Positions 10,341 to 20,644 are shown, numbered from the stretch's first letter. The stretch: 64,000 bases of DNA from an uncultured Spirochaetaceae bacterium (GCA_964631585.1 CAZVXU010000001.1:170-64169); one strand, 5' to 3'. Made by a program: numbers and translations. Notes: a model not told the origin generated them from the sequence alone.

Positions 10341-10708
10341 AGCGATCGGGGCGCCGGCCGTCGCCGGGGCGTAAGCCCCGGAGGAAAGTCCGGGCTCCAC
10401 AGGGCACGGCACCGGGTAACACCCGGCCCCGACTCCGTGTCGGGCGAGAGAGTGCCACAGAAAACGTACCGCCCGACCACACGATCTCAGATCGAGTGGT
10501 CGGGTAAGGGTGAAAAGGTGGGGTAAGAGCCCACCGGTCGGAGAGTGATCTCCGGCGCATGGCAAACCTTGCCGGGAGCAAGACCAAGCAGCAGGCGGGC
10601 GGCCCGTCCGATGCCTGCGGGTAGGTTGCTCGTGACTGACTGCGGTAACGCAGCGGCCAGATAGATGACGGCCTCACACAGAACCCGGCTTATGACGCCT
10701 CGATCGCT
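10341..10708 (+). ncRNA. rnpB: RNase P RNA, bacterial type A
   Basis: Contains GAGGAAAGTCCGGGCTCCA at ~10381, GGTAAGGGTGAAAAGGTGGGGTAAGAGCCCACC, and ACAGAACCCGGCTTAT at ~10678. The terminal P1 pairing is AGCGATCGGGGCG with CGCCTCGATCGCT. The ends are approximate. Confidence 0.9.
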
Positions 10709-10764
10709 TTTCTTTGCTGAATTGACTTTTCCCCTGATGTATAGTTGAATACGCCTAATTGACA

Positions 10765-11715
10765 ATGGCATTCTCCCGTAGCGGTTATCGCGCCAGAGGC
10801 TTTGGAGCATCACCGCGAGGCGGTGCCCGACGGATTCTGATCCTCGGTGGCCTTCTCGCAGTTCTTGCGATAGTATTTTTTCAAACCCAGGCCTTCGGGC
10901 TGCTGAGATACAGCGACGTGCAGGAACGACAGGAAATGCACGAGCTGTGGGACCAGGCGAGGTATGGCGCTATCATAGAGCGGACGCAGCAGGTGCTCGC
11001 CGAGACGCCGCTGGACGAGAGCGCTCTGGTGCTGGGAGGCTTCTCCTACTTCTATGAGGGCGTCAATCAGGTCTCGGAAGAGGACAAGCGCGCTTACCTC
11101 GACCGGTCCGTAGTTCTGCTTCGCAAGGCGCTCGTGCTCCGTCGCACGCCGCTGGAGGCCCAGGTACACTACGTGCTCGCGAAGGCGTACTATCACCGCG
11201 GCGATTTCTACTACGATCTCGCTGTGAAGCACATGCGCCAATCGGTGGAAATGGGCTACGTAGCCGATGACACCCACGAGTACCTCGGCATGGCGTACGC
11301 TCAACTCGGCCGCTTCGAAGAGAGCGTGGAGAGTTTCTCTACGGCACTCGACCGTACCCCGTCGGATCTGTTGTATCTGACGGTGGCGGAAACCTACATG
11401 AAGGCGGGGCGCCACCAACGGGCGGAAACACATTTGAAGGATGCCATAGAGGCCACCGACGATGCGTTTCTTGTTCAGAGAGCCCGTTTCATGCTGGGCG
11501 CGGTGTATATCCAGGAAGGACGGCTCGAGGACGCTGAGCAGCAGTTCGAGCTCATCATTGACTCGAACGCCAAGTCTGCCGAAGCTCATTATCAGTTGGG
11601 CCGAGTATACGACCTGATGGGAGACACCGTGCGCGCCCGGTCGCAGTGGCGCGAGACTATTCGAATCGATCCGAACCATGCGGGCGCATTGACAAGTCTG
11701 CAGGGGAACACATAA
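10765..11715 (+). CDS. membrane-anchored TPR-repeat protein
   Basis: The ATG at 10765 lies inside the track ORF. An N-terminal hydrophobic segment ([16 protein letters not shown]) is followed by TPR-like repeats ([39 protein letters not shown]). Confidence 0.7.
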   Translation: MAFSRSGYRARGFGASPRGGARRILILGGLLAVLAIVFFQTQAFGLLRYSDVQERQEMHELWDQARYGAIIERTQQVLAETPLDESALVLGGFSYFYEGVNQVSEEDKRAYLDRSVVLLRKALVLRRTPLEAQVHYVLAKAYYHRGDFYYDLAVKHMRQSVEMGYVADDTHEYLGMAYAQLGRFEESVESFSTALDRTPSDLLYLTVAETYMKAGRHQRAETHLKDAIEATDDAFLVQRARFMLGAVYIQEGRLEDAEQQFELIIDSNAKSAEAHYQLGRVYDLMGDTVRARSQWRETIRIDPNHAGALTSLQGNT

Positions 11716-11732
11716 GTTGGAGGAAGACATAC

Positions 11733-12773
11733 ATGGGTGTTGGATCGCTCTTCAACGCTTTTTCAAGCGATATCGGGGTAGACCTCGGTACATGCAACAC
11801 GCTTATCTACATCAGAGGGCGGGGTATCGTAATAAGTGAGCCGTCGGTGGTAGCCGTCGAACGGGGCACCAAGAAGGTCGTCGCGGTCGGCGAGGAGGCC
11901 CGTCGGATGCTCTGGAAGACCCCCGGTGATATCATCGCGATCCGACCGCTCCGCGACGGGGTCATAGCCGACCTCGAGACAACCGAAAAAATGATCCGCT
12001 ACTTCATCTCCAAGGTCCTCAACCGCCGGCTTTTCGTGAAGCCGCGCATGGTAATCGGGGTTCCCACCTGCATCACCGAGGTCGAACGGCGGGCGGTCGA
12101 GGAGAGCGCCTACAAGGCAGGCGCACGTGAGGTCAAGGTAATCGAGGAGTCCCTCGCCGCGGCTATAGGTGCGAGTATCCCCATCTTCGAGCCAGCCGGT
12201 CACATGATCGTTGATATCGGGGGCGGAACAAGTGAAATCTCGGTCATCTCCCTCGGCGGCATGGTCGTTACGAATGCGATCCGCCTCGGTGGCGATGAGT
12301 TCGACGAAGCCATCATGAAGCATGTCAGGGGCGTCCACAACCTCATCATCGGCGAGGGAACCGCCGAGGAGCTGAAGAAGCGCATCGGCAATGCCTCGCC
12401 CGACAAGACCATTGAAAAAATGGAGGTGAAGGGAACCGACGCTATCACGGGCCTGCCGCGTCGACTCGAGCTCGACAGCGTGGAGGTTCGCGAGGCGCTG
12501 CAGGAGCCCATCATCGCCATCATCGAAGAGATAAAGCGAACTCTCGGCGAAACCCCGCCGGAGCTCGCCGCTGATATCGTGGAGAGGGGCATCGTCATGA
12601 CCGGCGGCGGATCGCTGCTCAAGGGCCTTGATGTCTTGATCGCGAACGAGACCGGTGTCCCCGCCTTCAAGGCGGAGGATCCCTTGAACTGCGTGGCGCT
12701 GGGCGCCGGCATGTACTTCGACCACGAGCGGGGACCGAACCACTCGGGTCGCCGCGTGTATCACAAGACGTGA
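11733..12773 (+). CDS. mreB: rod shape-determining protein MreB
   Basis: The ATG at 11733 is preceded by GGAGGA. Actin-fold motifs are [25 protein letters not shown] and [14 protein letters not shown]. Confidence 0.95.
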   Translation: MGVGSLFNAFSSDIGVDLGTCNTLIYIRGRGIVISEPSVVAVERGTKKVVAVGEEARRMLWKTPGDIIAIRPLRDGVIADLETTEKMIRYFISKVLNRRLFVKPRMVIGVPTCITEVERRAVEESAYKAGAREVKVIEESLAAAIGASIPIFEPAGHMIVDIGGGTSEISVISLGGMVVTNAIRLGGDEFDEAIMKHVRGVHNLIIGEGTAEELKKRIGNASPDKTIEKMEVKGTDAITGLPRRLELDSVEVREALQEPIIAIIEEIKRTLGETPPELAADIVERGIVMTGGGSLLKGLDVLIANETGVPAFKAEDPLNCVALGAGMYFDHERGPNHSGRRVYHKT

Positions 12774-12774
12774 C

Positions 12775-13620
12775 GTGAGCGTTCGGGAACGCATTGACGA
12801 TCACAGGGCCGGTGTTCTCTTCGCTGTACTGGTGCTAACCTCCCTCGTCCTGATGAGCGTCTCCACTGCGCGCGAGCGATTCAGGCCGGCGGAAGCCGGG
12901 CTGACTATCGTCTCCTCGGTGCAGGAGCTCTTCTTTCACGTCGGCGACTTCGTCGGCTCGACGATAAACTCCGTGCGCGAGCTCGGGGAACTTCAGCAGC
13001 AGTATGAGGCGGTGCTGGAGGAGCTCAGGCGTTACGAGGGCGTGCGAACCGATGTCGAGGAGTTGAGACGGGAAGTGGATCGTCTTGAGCAGGTGCTCGG
13101 ATTCTCAGATTCTCTCGATTACCGGAATGTTCCGGCCCGCGTTGTCGGAAAGGACCCTTCCAACCTGTTCGCTGCCATTACTATCGACAAGGGCTCGGCT
13201 GACGGTATGCGGCGAAACATGCCGATCGTCGCGGTGCAGGGAGGCTCGCAAGGGCTCATGGGTCGAATCGAGACTGTGGGACGGAGTACATCCATCGTGG
13301 TTCCGCTCTTCGACAGCGCGAACTACGTGGCGGCACGGTTACAACAGTCCCGCTACGAGGGGCTCGTCCACGGGACGCCGAGCAGGGATGGCACATTGAC
13401 CATGCGATATGTAAGCTCTCAGGCTCGCGGGAGCGTTCGATACGGCGCTGAGGTTGTAACTTCCGGGATGAACTCGATCTACCCCGCGGGAATTCGTATT
13501 GGGACCGTGACCTCGGTACAGGCGAAGCCCTACGAAACCTCGCTGCAGCTGACTATTGATCCTATCGTCGATTTTTCGACGCTCGAGTATGTCTTCGTCA
13601 TAACTCCGGAGAACGAATGA
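12775..13620 (+). CDS. mreC: rod shape-determining protein MreC
   Basis: GTG start 2 nt after the mreB stop. It has an N-terminal TM segment, a coiled coil, and a beta-rich C-terminal region (GxPVV..GLVGRI-type: MPIVAVQGGSQGLMGRI). Confidence 0.85.
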   Translation: MSVRERIDDHRAGVLFAVLVLTSLVLMSVSTARERFRPAEAGLTIVSSVQELFFHVGDFVGSTINSVRELGELQQQYEAVLEELRRYEGVRTDVEELRREVDRLEQVLGFSDSLDYRNVPARVVGKDPSNLFAAITIDKGSADGMRRNMPIVAVQGGSQGLMGRIETVGRSTSIVVPLFDSANYVAARLQQSRYEGLVHGTPSRDGTLTMRYVSSQARGSVRYGAEVVTSGMNSIYPAGIRIGTVTSVQAKPYETSLQLTIDPIVDFSTLEYVFVITPENE

Positions 13621-14129
13621 CCCCTCGCGTGCTCCTCTATTCAGGCTTTCTCGCAGCCCTTGCCGTCCTCCAGACAAATGTGCTCGTCGCGATAGAGATA
13701 GCCGGCGTGCGGCCGGACCTCGCCCTTATCGTTATAGCCTACTACTCGGTGACCAACGGCAGCTTCGAGGGGCAGATTGGCGGTTTCGTCGGAGGGCTGG
13801 TGGAGGATCTGCTCTCTCTCTCTCCGCCGGGTTTTCATGCTCTACTTCGAACCGTCATGGGCTACCTCTACGGCGTCCTGCACAATCGTATGCTGGTGGA
13901 CGCCGTTCTGGTCCCCGTCCTCCTTCTCACCGTCGGAACGGTACTGAAGGCGTTCTTTGCCGGCCTTACAGCCACTGTATTTGCGATTGAAGGCCTTTCA
14001 TCGGTGGCTCTTTCACCGCGCCTCCTCGTCGAGGTAGGGTACAACGCGGTGCTTGCACCAATCCTGTTTGCTTTGCTAAGGTTGATCCAGCCGCTGAGAC
14101 AATCCCACAGGGAGTCGACGACGCTATGA
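13617..14129 (+). CDS. mreD: rod shape-determining protein MreD
   Basis: 170-aa polytopic membrane protein with a 4-nt overlap with mreC. It carries the RPDLALIVIAYY and GFVGGLVEDLL motifs. Confidence 0.75.
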   Translation: MTPRVLLYSGFLAALAVLQTNVLVAIEIAGVRPDLALIVIAYYSVTNGSFEGQIGGFVGGLVEDLLSLSPPGFHALLRTVMGYLYGVLHNRMLVDAVLVPVLLLTVGTVLKAFFAGLTATVFAIEGLSSVALSPRLLVEVGYNAVLAPILFALLRLIQPLRQSHRESTTL

Positions 14130-15988
14130 GTGGTTTCTCACCCCGAGGGGGTCCGGTTTCCAAGCCTCGAGTACTCGCCCTGGGTGTTCTCATTACAGCC
14201 CTCTTCATCGGGTATGCCGGCTATCTGTTTTCCATGCAGATCGTCGACAACTACATCTACAGCGCCCGCGCCGAACGCGTGAAACGCCGTGCGATGGTTA
14301 TACCGGCGCAGCGCGGGGAAATCTACGACCGAAACTACGATACTCCGCTCGTCACGAACACCGATTCCTTCGCAGTGCATGTGAATCCCGCCGAGATACC
14401 CGCAGGACAGCATGAGGAGATATTCCAGCGTGCCGCTGACTACCTTGGTGTACCGGTTTCTCGGATAAGAGAGAAAATTCCCCCGGAGACCTACAACGTG
14501 TACCGCCCGGTGGAGGTACAAAGCGGTGTGTCTTTCCGAAAGGTAACGTATCTCGCGGAGCACGCACGCCGGTTCCACGGTGTAACCTGGCAAAGCAAGC
14601 CGACGCGCTACTACACCGAAGGCGAAGATCTGGCCCACGTGCTCGGATACGTCGGAGACATTACGCCCGAAGAACTTCAGGTGCTTTTCAACCGCGGATA
14701 CAACGCGAACTCGGTTCTCGGCAAGAGCGGAGTCGAACAGCAGTATGACGAGCTGCTGCGAGGTGAGCCCGGCCGCAGTTTTCGCACCGTCGATGCATCG
14801 GGGCGGCTTGTGGAGGCGAACGGCCAGAACGACATTCCTCCGGTCCTCGGCGACAATCTGGTTCTGACGATCGACCGTAGCATTCAGCGGCTTACAGCAG
14901 AGGCACTTGGCGATCGCATCGGCTCTGCGGTGGTCCTAAAGCCTGCAACCGGTGAGGTCCTGGCGATGGTATCCTACCCGAGTTTCGATCCCAATCGCTT
15001 TTACGGAGAAGGCGGCTCACGGGCCTTCAGACAGGTCTCGCTCTCGCCGAACTCGCCGTTCCTCAATCGTGCCATACAGAGCAGCTCTCCCCCGGCGTCG
15101 ACCTGGAAGATTCTCATGGCTACCGCCGTCATCGAGGAGGAGGTTTTCGGGCTCGACGAGACGGTCAACGCGACCGGCACATACGTCCTGGGCAACCGAG
15201 TGCTCAACGACTGGCGGGAAACGGGCTTCGGGCATCTGGATATTTTCGGAGCCCTTGCAAACTCCTCGAACGTCTTCTTCTGGACAATGGGGGTCGAATA
15301 CCTCGGGGTAGATCACATCGTTGACTACGCGCACGAGTTCGGTTTCGGAACCGAAACCGGCGTTGACCTGCCGGGCGAGGTTCCGGGAACTCTGCCCAGT
15401 CCCGAGTGGAAGCGGCGCCGGTTCAATGCGCCGTGGGTCGGTGGCGATACCGCAAACCTGTCAATCGGGCAGGGCTTTCTTACTGTCACCCCTCTGCAGC
15501 TCGCCAACATGGTTGCCATGATCGTGAACGACGGTGTCGTCTACCGGCCTCACGTATTGCGCGAGGTCCGCGACCAGGTTACCGGCGAGGTGCTGCGTAG
15601 GGTCGAGCCTGAGGTCCTGCACACTATGGACGCACGACAGTCAACCTTCGACAACGTGAAGAAGGCCATGCGCGGGGTCATAACCGATGGAACGGCGGAG
15701 GTGGTGATCACCACACCGGCAGTCGAGGCGGCGGGAAAGACCGGCACCAGTCAGGTTGCGGGCAAAGACGAGAACTGGCACTCCTGGTTCGTCGCCTATG
15801 CCCCCTACGAGACCTCCGATCCGGAAGAGCGGGTCATTGTCGTGGTCATGGTGGATGCAGAGAACGAGTGGGAGTGGTGGGCGCCCAAAGCGGCGAACGT
15901 CATCCTTCACGGTGTTTTCACCGACAGCAATTTCCGGGAATCCGTGGCGGGGCTCAAACGCGCTCCTCGACCGCTGTGGTATATGTAG
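14126..15988 (+). CDS. mrdA: penicillin-binding protein 2 (elongasome transpeptidase)
   Basis: 620 aa. Transpeptidase motifs are STWK (SxxK), SSN (SxN) and KTGT. It sits between mreD and rodA. Confidence 0.9.
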   Translation: MSGFSPRGGPVSKPRVLALGVLITALFIGYAGYLFSMQIVDNYIYSARAERVKRRAMVIPAQRGEIYDRNYDTPLVTNTDSFAVHVNPAEIPAGQHEEIFQRAADYLGVPVSRIREKIPPETYNVYRPVEVQSGVSFRKVTYLAEHARRFHGVTWQSKPTRYYTEGEDLAHVLGYVGDITPEELQVLFNRGYNANSVLGKSGVEQQYDELLRGEPGRSFRTVDASGRLVEANGQNDIPPVLGDNLVLTIDRSIQRLTAEALGDRIGSAVVLKPATGEVLAMVSYPSFDPNRFYGEGGSRAFRQVSLSPNSPFLNRAIQSSSPPASTWKILMATAVIEEEVFGLDETVNATGTYVLGNRVLNDWRETGFGHLDIFGALANSSNVFFWTMGVEYLGVDHIVDYAHEFGFGTETGVDLPGEVPGTLPSPEWKRRRFNAPWVGGDTANLSIGQGFLTVTPLQLANMVAMIVNDGVVYRPHVLREVRDQVTGEVLRRVEPEVLHTMDARQSTFDNVKKAMRGVITDGTAEVVITTPAVEAAGKTGTSQVAGKDENWHSWFVAYAPYETSDPEERVIVVVMVDAENEWEWWAPKAANVILHGVFTDSNFRESVAGLKRAPRPLWYM

Positions 15989-15997
15989 GAGTCACGG

Positions 15998-17308
15998 GTG
16001 CATTCACGTTCGGTATTGAGCTTCGACGTCTATATCATTGCTGCCACGCTTTCGCTCATCGCGATAGGTATACTTTTCATCTATTCCAGCGGCGTCACGT
16101 CCAGCGGCCGTGTCTACTCCAATGAGCACATTCGGCAGCTGGTGTGGGCGGGAACCGGGCTTGTCCTGCTCGTTGCGGCTGCTCTGACGAGTTACACTAC
16201 GATTCGGTCCACCTCGGTTCCCTTCTACATGTTGGTGCTGGTGTTGCTGCTGATTACACTTGCATTCGGCAAAGTCGTGAATGGTGCCCGCTCGTGGCTC
16301 GGCATTGCGGGTCTCGGCATCCAGCCGTCGGAGTTTGTCAAACTCGCCTCGGTGCTGGTTCTCGCGATCTATCTCGAAAGAGTCGGAACCGGAATCAGGA
16401 AGCTTCCGCTGTTTCTTGCAGGATCCGTGATCATGCTCCTTCCGATGGGACTCATAATCGTACAGCCGGACCTCGGAACCTCGCTTGTGTTCATGCCACT
16501 TTTTCTGGTCATGGTTTTCGTGGCAGGCGCCCGGTTGCGACACGTGAGTTACGTCGTTCTCGTCTTCGTCCTGACAGCCGTGCTCAGCGTAATCCCGGCC
16601 TGGGAACGCCAGATTTATGAGGGCAGCGTGCCGCTGGTATCCGTTCTCACCCGTCCCCAGGTTCTGACGATGGTCATCGCCGCCCTCGCAGCGATGCTTG
16701 CCGTGACGTCTCTCGGGTACCTCGCCACGAAACGCAAATACTTTTTCTGGATAACATATGGGCTTTCGGTGATATTCCTCGGGTTGCTGGGCTCGGTCGC
16801 CGTTCGCAGGGTGCTGGCGGAATACCAGATGATGCGGCTCATTGTCTTTCTGGACCCCTACGCGGACCCCCGGGGAGCGGGCTGGAACATTATTCAGTCT
16901 CTGACCGCCGTAGGGTCGGGCGGCTTTTCCGGGAAGGGCTTCCTGCAGGGTACACAGAGCCACTATCAGTTCATTCCTCAGCAGAGCACCGACTTCATCT
17001 TCTCGATCCTGGCAGAAGAATGGGGTTTTCTCGGAGGGCTGCTGGTTTTCGGTCTGTTTCTCGTAATACTGCTGCGTGGCCTCTATATTGTTCAGACTGC
17101 CCGGGACAACTATTCCTCGCTCGTAGCAACCGGCATCGTTACGCTCATCTTCTTCCACTTTGCCGTAAACGTCGGGATGGTGATCGGCGTGATGCCCATA
17201 ACGGGCATCCCGTTGTTTTTTCTGTCCCACGGCGGATCATCTCTCTGGACCGCAATGGTCGGTGTCGGGTTGCTGCTGAACATCCATCACAACCGCTATC
17301 ACTACTGA
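15998..17308 (+). CDS. rodA: SEDS-family peptidoglycan polymerase RodA
   Basis: 436 aa with a GTG start after TAGGAG. Polytopic FtsW/RodA/SpoVE family member (QPSEF.K, DFIFSILAEEWGF, PLFFLSHGGSS). Confidence 0.9.
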   Translation: MHSRSVLSFDVYIIAATLSLIAIGILFIYSSGVTSSGRVYSNEHIRQLVWAGTGLVLLVAAALTSYTTIRSTSVPFYMLVLVLLLITLAFGKVVNGARSWLGIAGLGIQPSEFVKLASVLVLAIYLERVGTGIRKLPLFLAGSVIMLLPMGLIIVQPDLGTSLVFMPLFLVMVFVAGARLRHVSYVVLVFVLTAVLSVIPAWERQIYEGSVPLVSVLTRPQVLTMVIAALAAMLAVTSLGYLATKRKYFFWITYGLSVIFLGLLGSVAVRRVLAEYQMMRLIVFLDPYADPRGAGWNIIQSLTAVGSGGFSGKGFLQGTQSHYQFIPQQSTDFIFSILAEEWGFLGGLLVFGLFLVILLRGLYIVQTARDNYSSLVATGIVTLIFFHFAVNVGMVIGVMPITGIPLFFLSHGGSSLWTAMVGVGLLLNIHHNRYHY

Positions 17309-17313
17309 AACAC

Positions 17314-19902
17314 ATGAATCGAATTGATCCGAGACGCGATATCCAACGAATACTTGCCCGCGTGGAGCACCCCGGCCGCTATGCGGGAGGTGAGTACGGT
17401 GCGATAGCTCCGGCCGGGGGCGGGAGCGCAGAGGCACATGGTGGCGAATACCTCGTCGCGATCTGTTTTCCGGACCTTTACGAGATCGGGATGTCGAACA
17501 CTGCGATTAAGCTTCTCTACACTCGTCTCAACGCGATTCCCGGAGTCCGCTGCGAGCGCGTGTTCGCTCCTGCCCCTGACTTCGAAGCGGAGATCGTGAG
17601 GGCAGGGATCCCCCTGTATACGCTGGAGTCCGGGATACCGCTTTCGGACTGCGACATGGTGGCCTTTTCCATCGGATACGAGCTGTCGGCGACAAACATT
17701 CTCACCGTTCTCGACCGGGGAGGCGTAGCCCCGCGCGCGACCGACCGCGGACCGCAGTCACCGCTGGTCATAGCGGGCGGGCCGACATCGTCGAACCCCG
17801 TTCCCCTCGGCCTCTTCTTCGACGGCATTTTCGTCGGTGAGGCTGAAGGGGTCATCGAGCGAATGGTTGGCGACCTTGCGGCCCTGCGTGCCCGTGGTGC
17901 TTCCCGCGAGAGTCAGCTTGCGCGGCTTCGAGAGAGTCCACATATGTGGTGGCCCGGCACCGACCGACGGACGCGTCGGGCAATCTGGGGCGAGTTCGGG
18001 TCCGGGCCGCTGCTGCTGCAGACGCCGGTGCCGAGTATCCGAGTTGTGCAGGATCACGGCGTCGTCGAGATCATGCGTGGCTGCCCCCAGGGATGCCGTT
18101 TCTGCAGCGCCGGCGTCTTCTATCGCCCCGTCCGCATGAAGGACTACGCCTCCATCGAGCGCGAAGTGGAGAACCTGGTCTACAACCACGGATATCGTCA
18201 CATAACGCTGTCATCCCTCAGCACGGGGGACTACGCGGACGCGCATGCACTGTTCCGCTACCTCAACGCGCGATTTGCCTCCGAGCACGTGAGTTTTTCC
18301 CTTCCGTCGCTGCGAGTGAGCTCTTTCACGCTTCCGCTCCTTGCCGAGGTTTCCCAGGTCCGAAAGAGCGGGCTGACTTTCGCCGTAGAGACGCCCGGCG
18401 AGGCCGGCCAGCTTGCCATCAACAAACAGGTACCCCTCGAGCGCACAAAGGAGATCCTGCAGTCAGCGCGCGATATGGGCTGGCGGCTGGCAAAGTTCTA
18501 CTTCATGATCGGTCTTCCCGTACCCGAGGAGGACGAGGTAGCGGCCATTGCCGGGTTCATGCGTGAGGTGAAATCTGCCGTGAAGATGAACTTCAACGTT
18601 GCGGTAGCCACCTTCGTGCCCAAGCCTCACACCCCCTTTCAGTGGGCTCGCCAGCTCGGCGAATACGAGGCACTGGATCGCATCATGCAGCTCAAGCGTG
18701 AGCTAAAGAGTATGGGTATGAAACTCGGCTATCAGGCGCCGTTTCAGTCCCGACTCGAGGGCATTATAAGTCGCGGAGACGAGCGGGTAGGTGAGCTTAT
18801 CGCCGATGCCTGGAGCCGGGGATGCCGCCTCGACGCCTGGGAGGATCACCTCGACCGCGAGGCCTGGCGCGGAGTCATCGAGGATGCGCCCTGGTCGGTG
18901 GATGAAGAGCTTTTCCGGGAGCGCGACTCCCATGAACGACTCCCATGGCAGGTCGTCACAACGGGAGTCGGGACGGCCGCCCTTCGCCGTGAGCTCGAGC
19001 GCTCCAGAGAAGGGGAATTGACCGACGGGTGCGCCGACGACTGCAACCATCCCTGCGGAGTCTGCAACAGCACCCTGCGCATACGCGAGGCCGAGCCCGC
19101 GCCGCCGGTGTCACCGCCGAGCCACATGGAACCGCGCGCGGAGGCGGGCTCCTCGACAACGCAGCTGCGACACCGCATGCTGTTCCGGTTTACGAAGACC
19201 GGACCCGCAGTCTACACCCCGCACCTCGGCCTCATGGGAGTATTCGAGCGTGCATACCGGCGCGCCGGCATACCGGTCGCCTATACGCAGGGCTTCAATC
19301 CGAAACCTCGTCAGGAGTTCGCGCAACCGCTTTCGTTGGGGCTGGCGTCCGAATGCGAGTACGCGCTGGTATCCGTATCAGAAGTCCTACATGTTGACAG
19401 CTTTTGTGAAAAGTTGACCACAGCGATGCCCGAGGGGATCGAGGTTACCGGCGCCATGCTTTTGGAGGAGACCGACAAAAAGGTGCGGTCTCTCATGGCA
19501 AACTACTGGGGATCGGAGTTCTTCATCGACATGCGCGACGCAGACATCGAGGCAGGCGAGCTTCGTGCACTGCTAGAGGATTCCGCGGGTGTCAGACTGG
19601 TGATTGAAAGCGAAGAAGAGGGCCTGGAGGTCACCATTGCCCACGAGGGCGGACGCGCGCGGGGGCTCGGGAAGCTCTTGAAGACGTCTTTCGGCACGGA
19701 TCCGGCCGCGCTCGGTATCTCCATCGCGCGGCGGGAAACCCTGGCGATCGGGGCCGCTCGGGGCGTTGTTGGGGGTGCCGCCGACGATGACACGGACGGC
19801 GTTTCGTACTTCGAAGCGTACGCCGGGAGCGCGGTCGCCACGAGCACCGCTGCGGAGGACAAGACTATCGGTCCTCGGTCCGCTTCGTCTGCGACCAGAT
19901 AG
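17314..19902 (+). CDS. radical SAM protein, TIGR03960-like N-terminal part fused to a TIGR03936/DUF2344-like C-terminal part
   Basis: The ATG at 17314 is 6 nt after the rodA stop. The track ORF's upstream 98 aa overlap rodA and are discarded. It has RYAGGEYG near the N-terminus, the CxxxCxxC cluster MRGCPQGCRFCSAG, and a C-terminal FRFTKTGPAVYTPHLGLM...GFNPKP block. Confidence 0.85.
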   Translation: MNRIDPRRDIQRILARVEHPGRYAGGEYGAIAPAGGGSAEAHGGEYLVAICFPDLYEIGMSNTAIKLLYTRLNAIPGVRCERVFAPAPDFEAEIVRAGIPLYTLESGIPLSDCDMVAFSIGYELSATNILTVLDRGGVAPRATDRGPQSPLVIAGGPTSSNPVPLGLFFDGIFVGEAEGVIERMVGDLAALRARGASRESQLARLRESPHMWWPGTDRRTRRAIWGEFGSGPLLLQTPVPSIRVVQDHGVVEIMRGCPQGCRFCSAGVFYRPVRMKDYASIEREVENLVYNHGYRHITLSSLSTGDYADAHALFRYLNARFASEHVSFSLPSLRVSSFTLPLLAEVSQVRKSGLTFAVETPGEAGQLAINKQVPLERTKEILQSARDMGWRLAKFYFMIGLPVPEEDEVAAIAGFMREVKSAVKMNFNVAVATFVPKPHTPFQWARQLGEYEALDRIMQLKRELKSMGMKLGYQAPFQSRLEGIISRGDERVGELIADAWSRGCRLDAWEDHLDREAWRGVIEDAPWSVDEELFRERDSHERLPWQVVTTGVGTAALRRELERSREGELTDGCADDCNHPCGVCNSTLRIREAEPAPPVSPPSHMEPRAEAGSSTTQLRHRMLFRFTKTGPAVYTPHLGLMGVFERAYRRAGIPVAYTQGFNPKPRQEFAQPLSLGLASECEYALVSVSEVLHVDSFCEKLTTAMPEGIEVTGAMLLEETDKKVRSLMANYWGSEFFIDMRDADIEAGELRALLEDSAGVRLVIESEEEGLEVTIAHEGGRARGLGKLLKTSFGTDPAALGISIARRETLAIGAARGVVGGAADDDTDGVSYFEAYAGSAVATSTAAEDKTIGPRSASSATR

Positions 19903-20644
19903 CGTCCATCGTCTCCAGCTCATCGGAGCTCATATCGATTCCGCGCCGCTCCATCTCTTCTTCGACCGCTCTGAACCTGCGTTTGAACTTCGTGTTTGCC
20001 TGGTGAAGGGCGACCGACGGGTCGACCCCCATTTTTCTTGACAGGTTCACCACCGAGAATAGCAGGTCCCCGATCTCCGCCTCAACTTGAGTGTGGTCCC
20101 CGGGATCGAGCGCGAGGATCTCGTCGAGCTCCTCGGTGACCTTATCCGCGGCCGGCCGGGGATTGTCCCAGTCGAACCCGCGTTTCTCCGCGCGCTTCTG
20201 CAGCTCGAATGATCGCGACAGAGGAGGTAGCCCTTCGGGTACCCCATCGAGAGCCGAGGGGTGTGCCTTACCCTCGACATCCGTCTTTATCCGGTCCCAC
20301 TGAGCCGACACCGCCTCGGCAGTTTCCGCCTCAGCCGAGCCGAACACGTGGGGATGCCTGCGTACCAGCTTCTCCCGGATATGGTCGAAAACCTCACCGA
20401 CGGTAAACGAGCCTTCCTGTTCCTTGATATATGCCATCATCGTGGCGATCAGAAACACGTCGCCGAGCTCTTCGCGCAGTTCCGCGTCGTCACCGATGTC
20501 TATGGCGTCGAGTGTCTCGTAAGTCTCCTCGAGGAGAAACGGCCGCATGGACTCGGTCGTCTGCTTGCGGTCCCAGGGGCAGCCCTCGGGGCCACGCAGT
20601 GTTCGAATAACGTCGAAAAACTCGGAGAAGTTCGCATCGCTCAT
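19865..20644 (-). CDS. mazG: nucleoside triphosphate pyrophosphohydrolase MazG
   Basis: 259 aa with tandem MazG domains (EETYETLDAI, RRHPHVFG, EELDEILA). Confidence 0.9.
   Translation of the reverse strand: MSDANFSEFFDVIRTLRGPEGCPWDRKQTTESMRPFLLEETYETLDAIDIGDDAELREELGDVFLIATMMAYIKEQEGSFTVGEVFDHIREKLVRRHPHVFGSAEAETAEAVSAQWDRIKTDVEGKAHPSALDGVPEGLPPLSRSFELQKRAEKRGFDWDNPRPAADKVTEELDEILALDPGDHTQVEAEIGDLLFSVVNLSRKMGVDPSVALHQANTKFKRRFRAVEEEMERRGIDMSSDELETMDAIWSQTKRTEDR

Noticed and set aside
17020-17313. The upstream 98 aa of the 960-aa track ORF for the radical SAM protein, and likewise the 11646..11732 extension of mreB.
   Set aside because: These extensions overlap the 3' end of rodA and of the TPR gene in another frame. 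The conserved N-termini (MNRIDPRRD...RYAGGEYG and MGVGSLFN...DLGTCNT) start at internal ATGs with better context.
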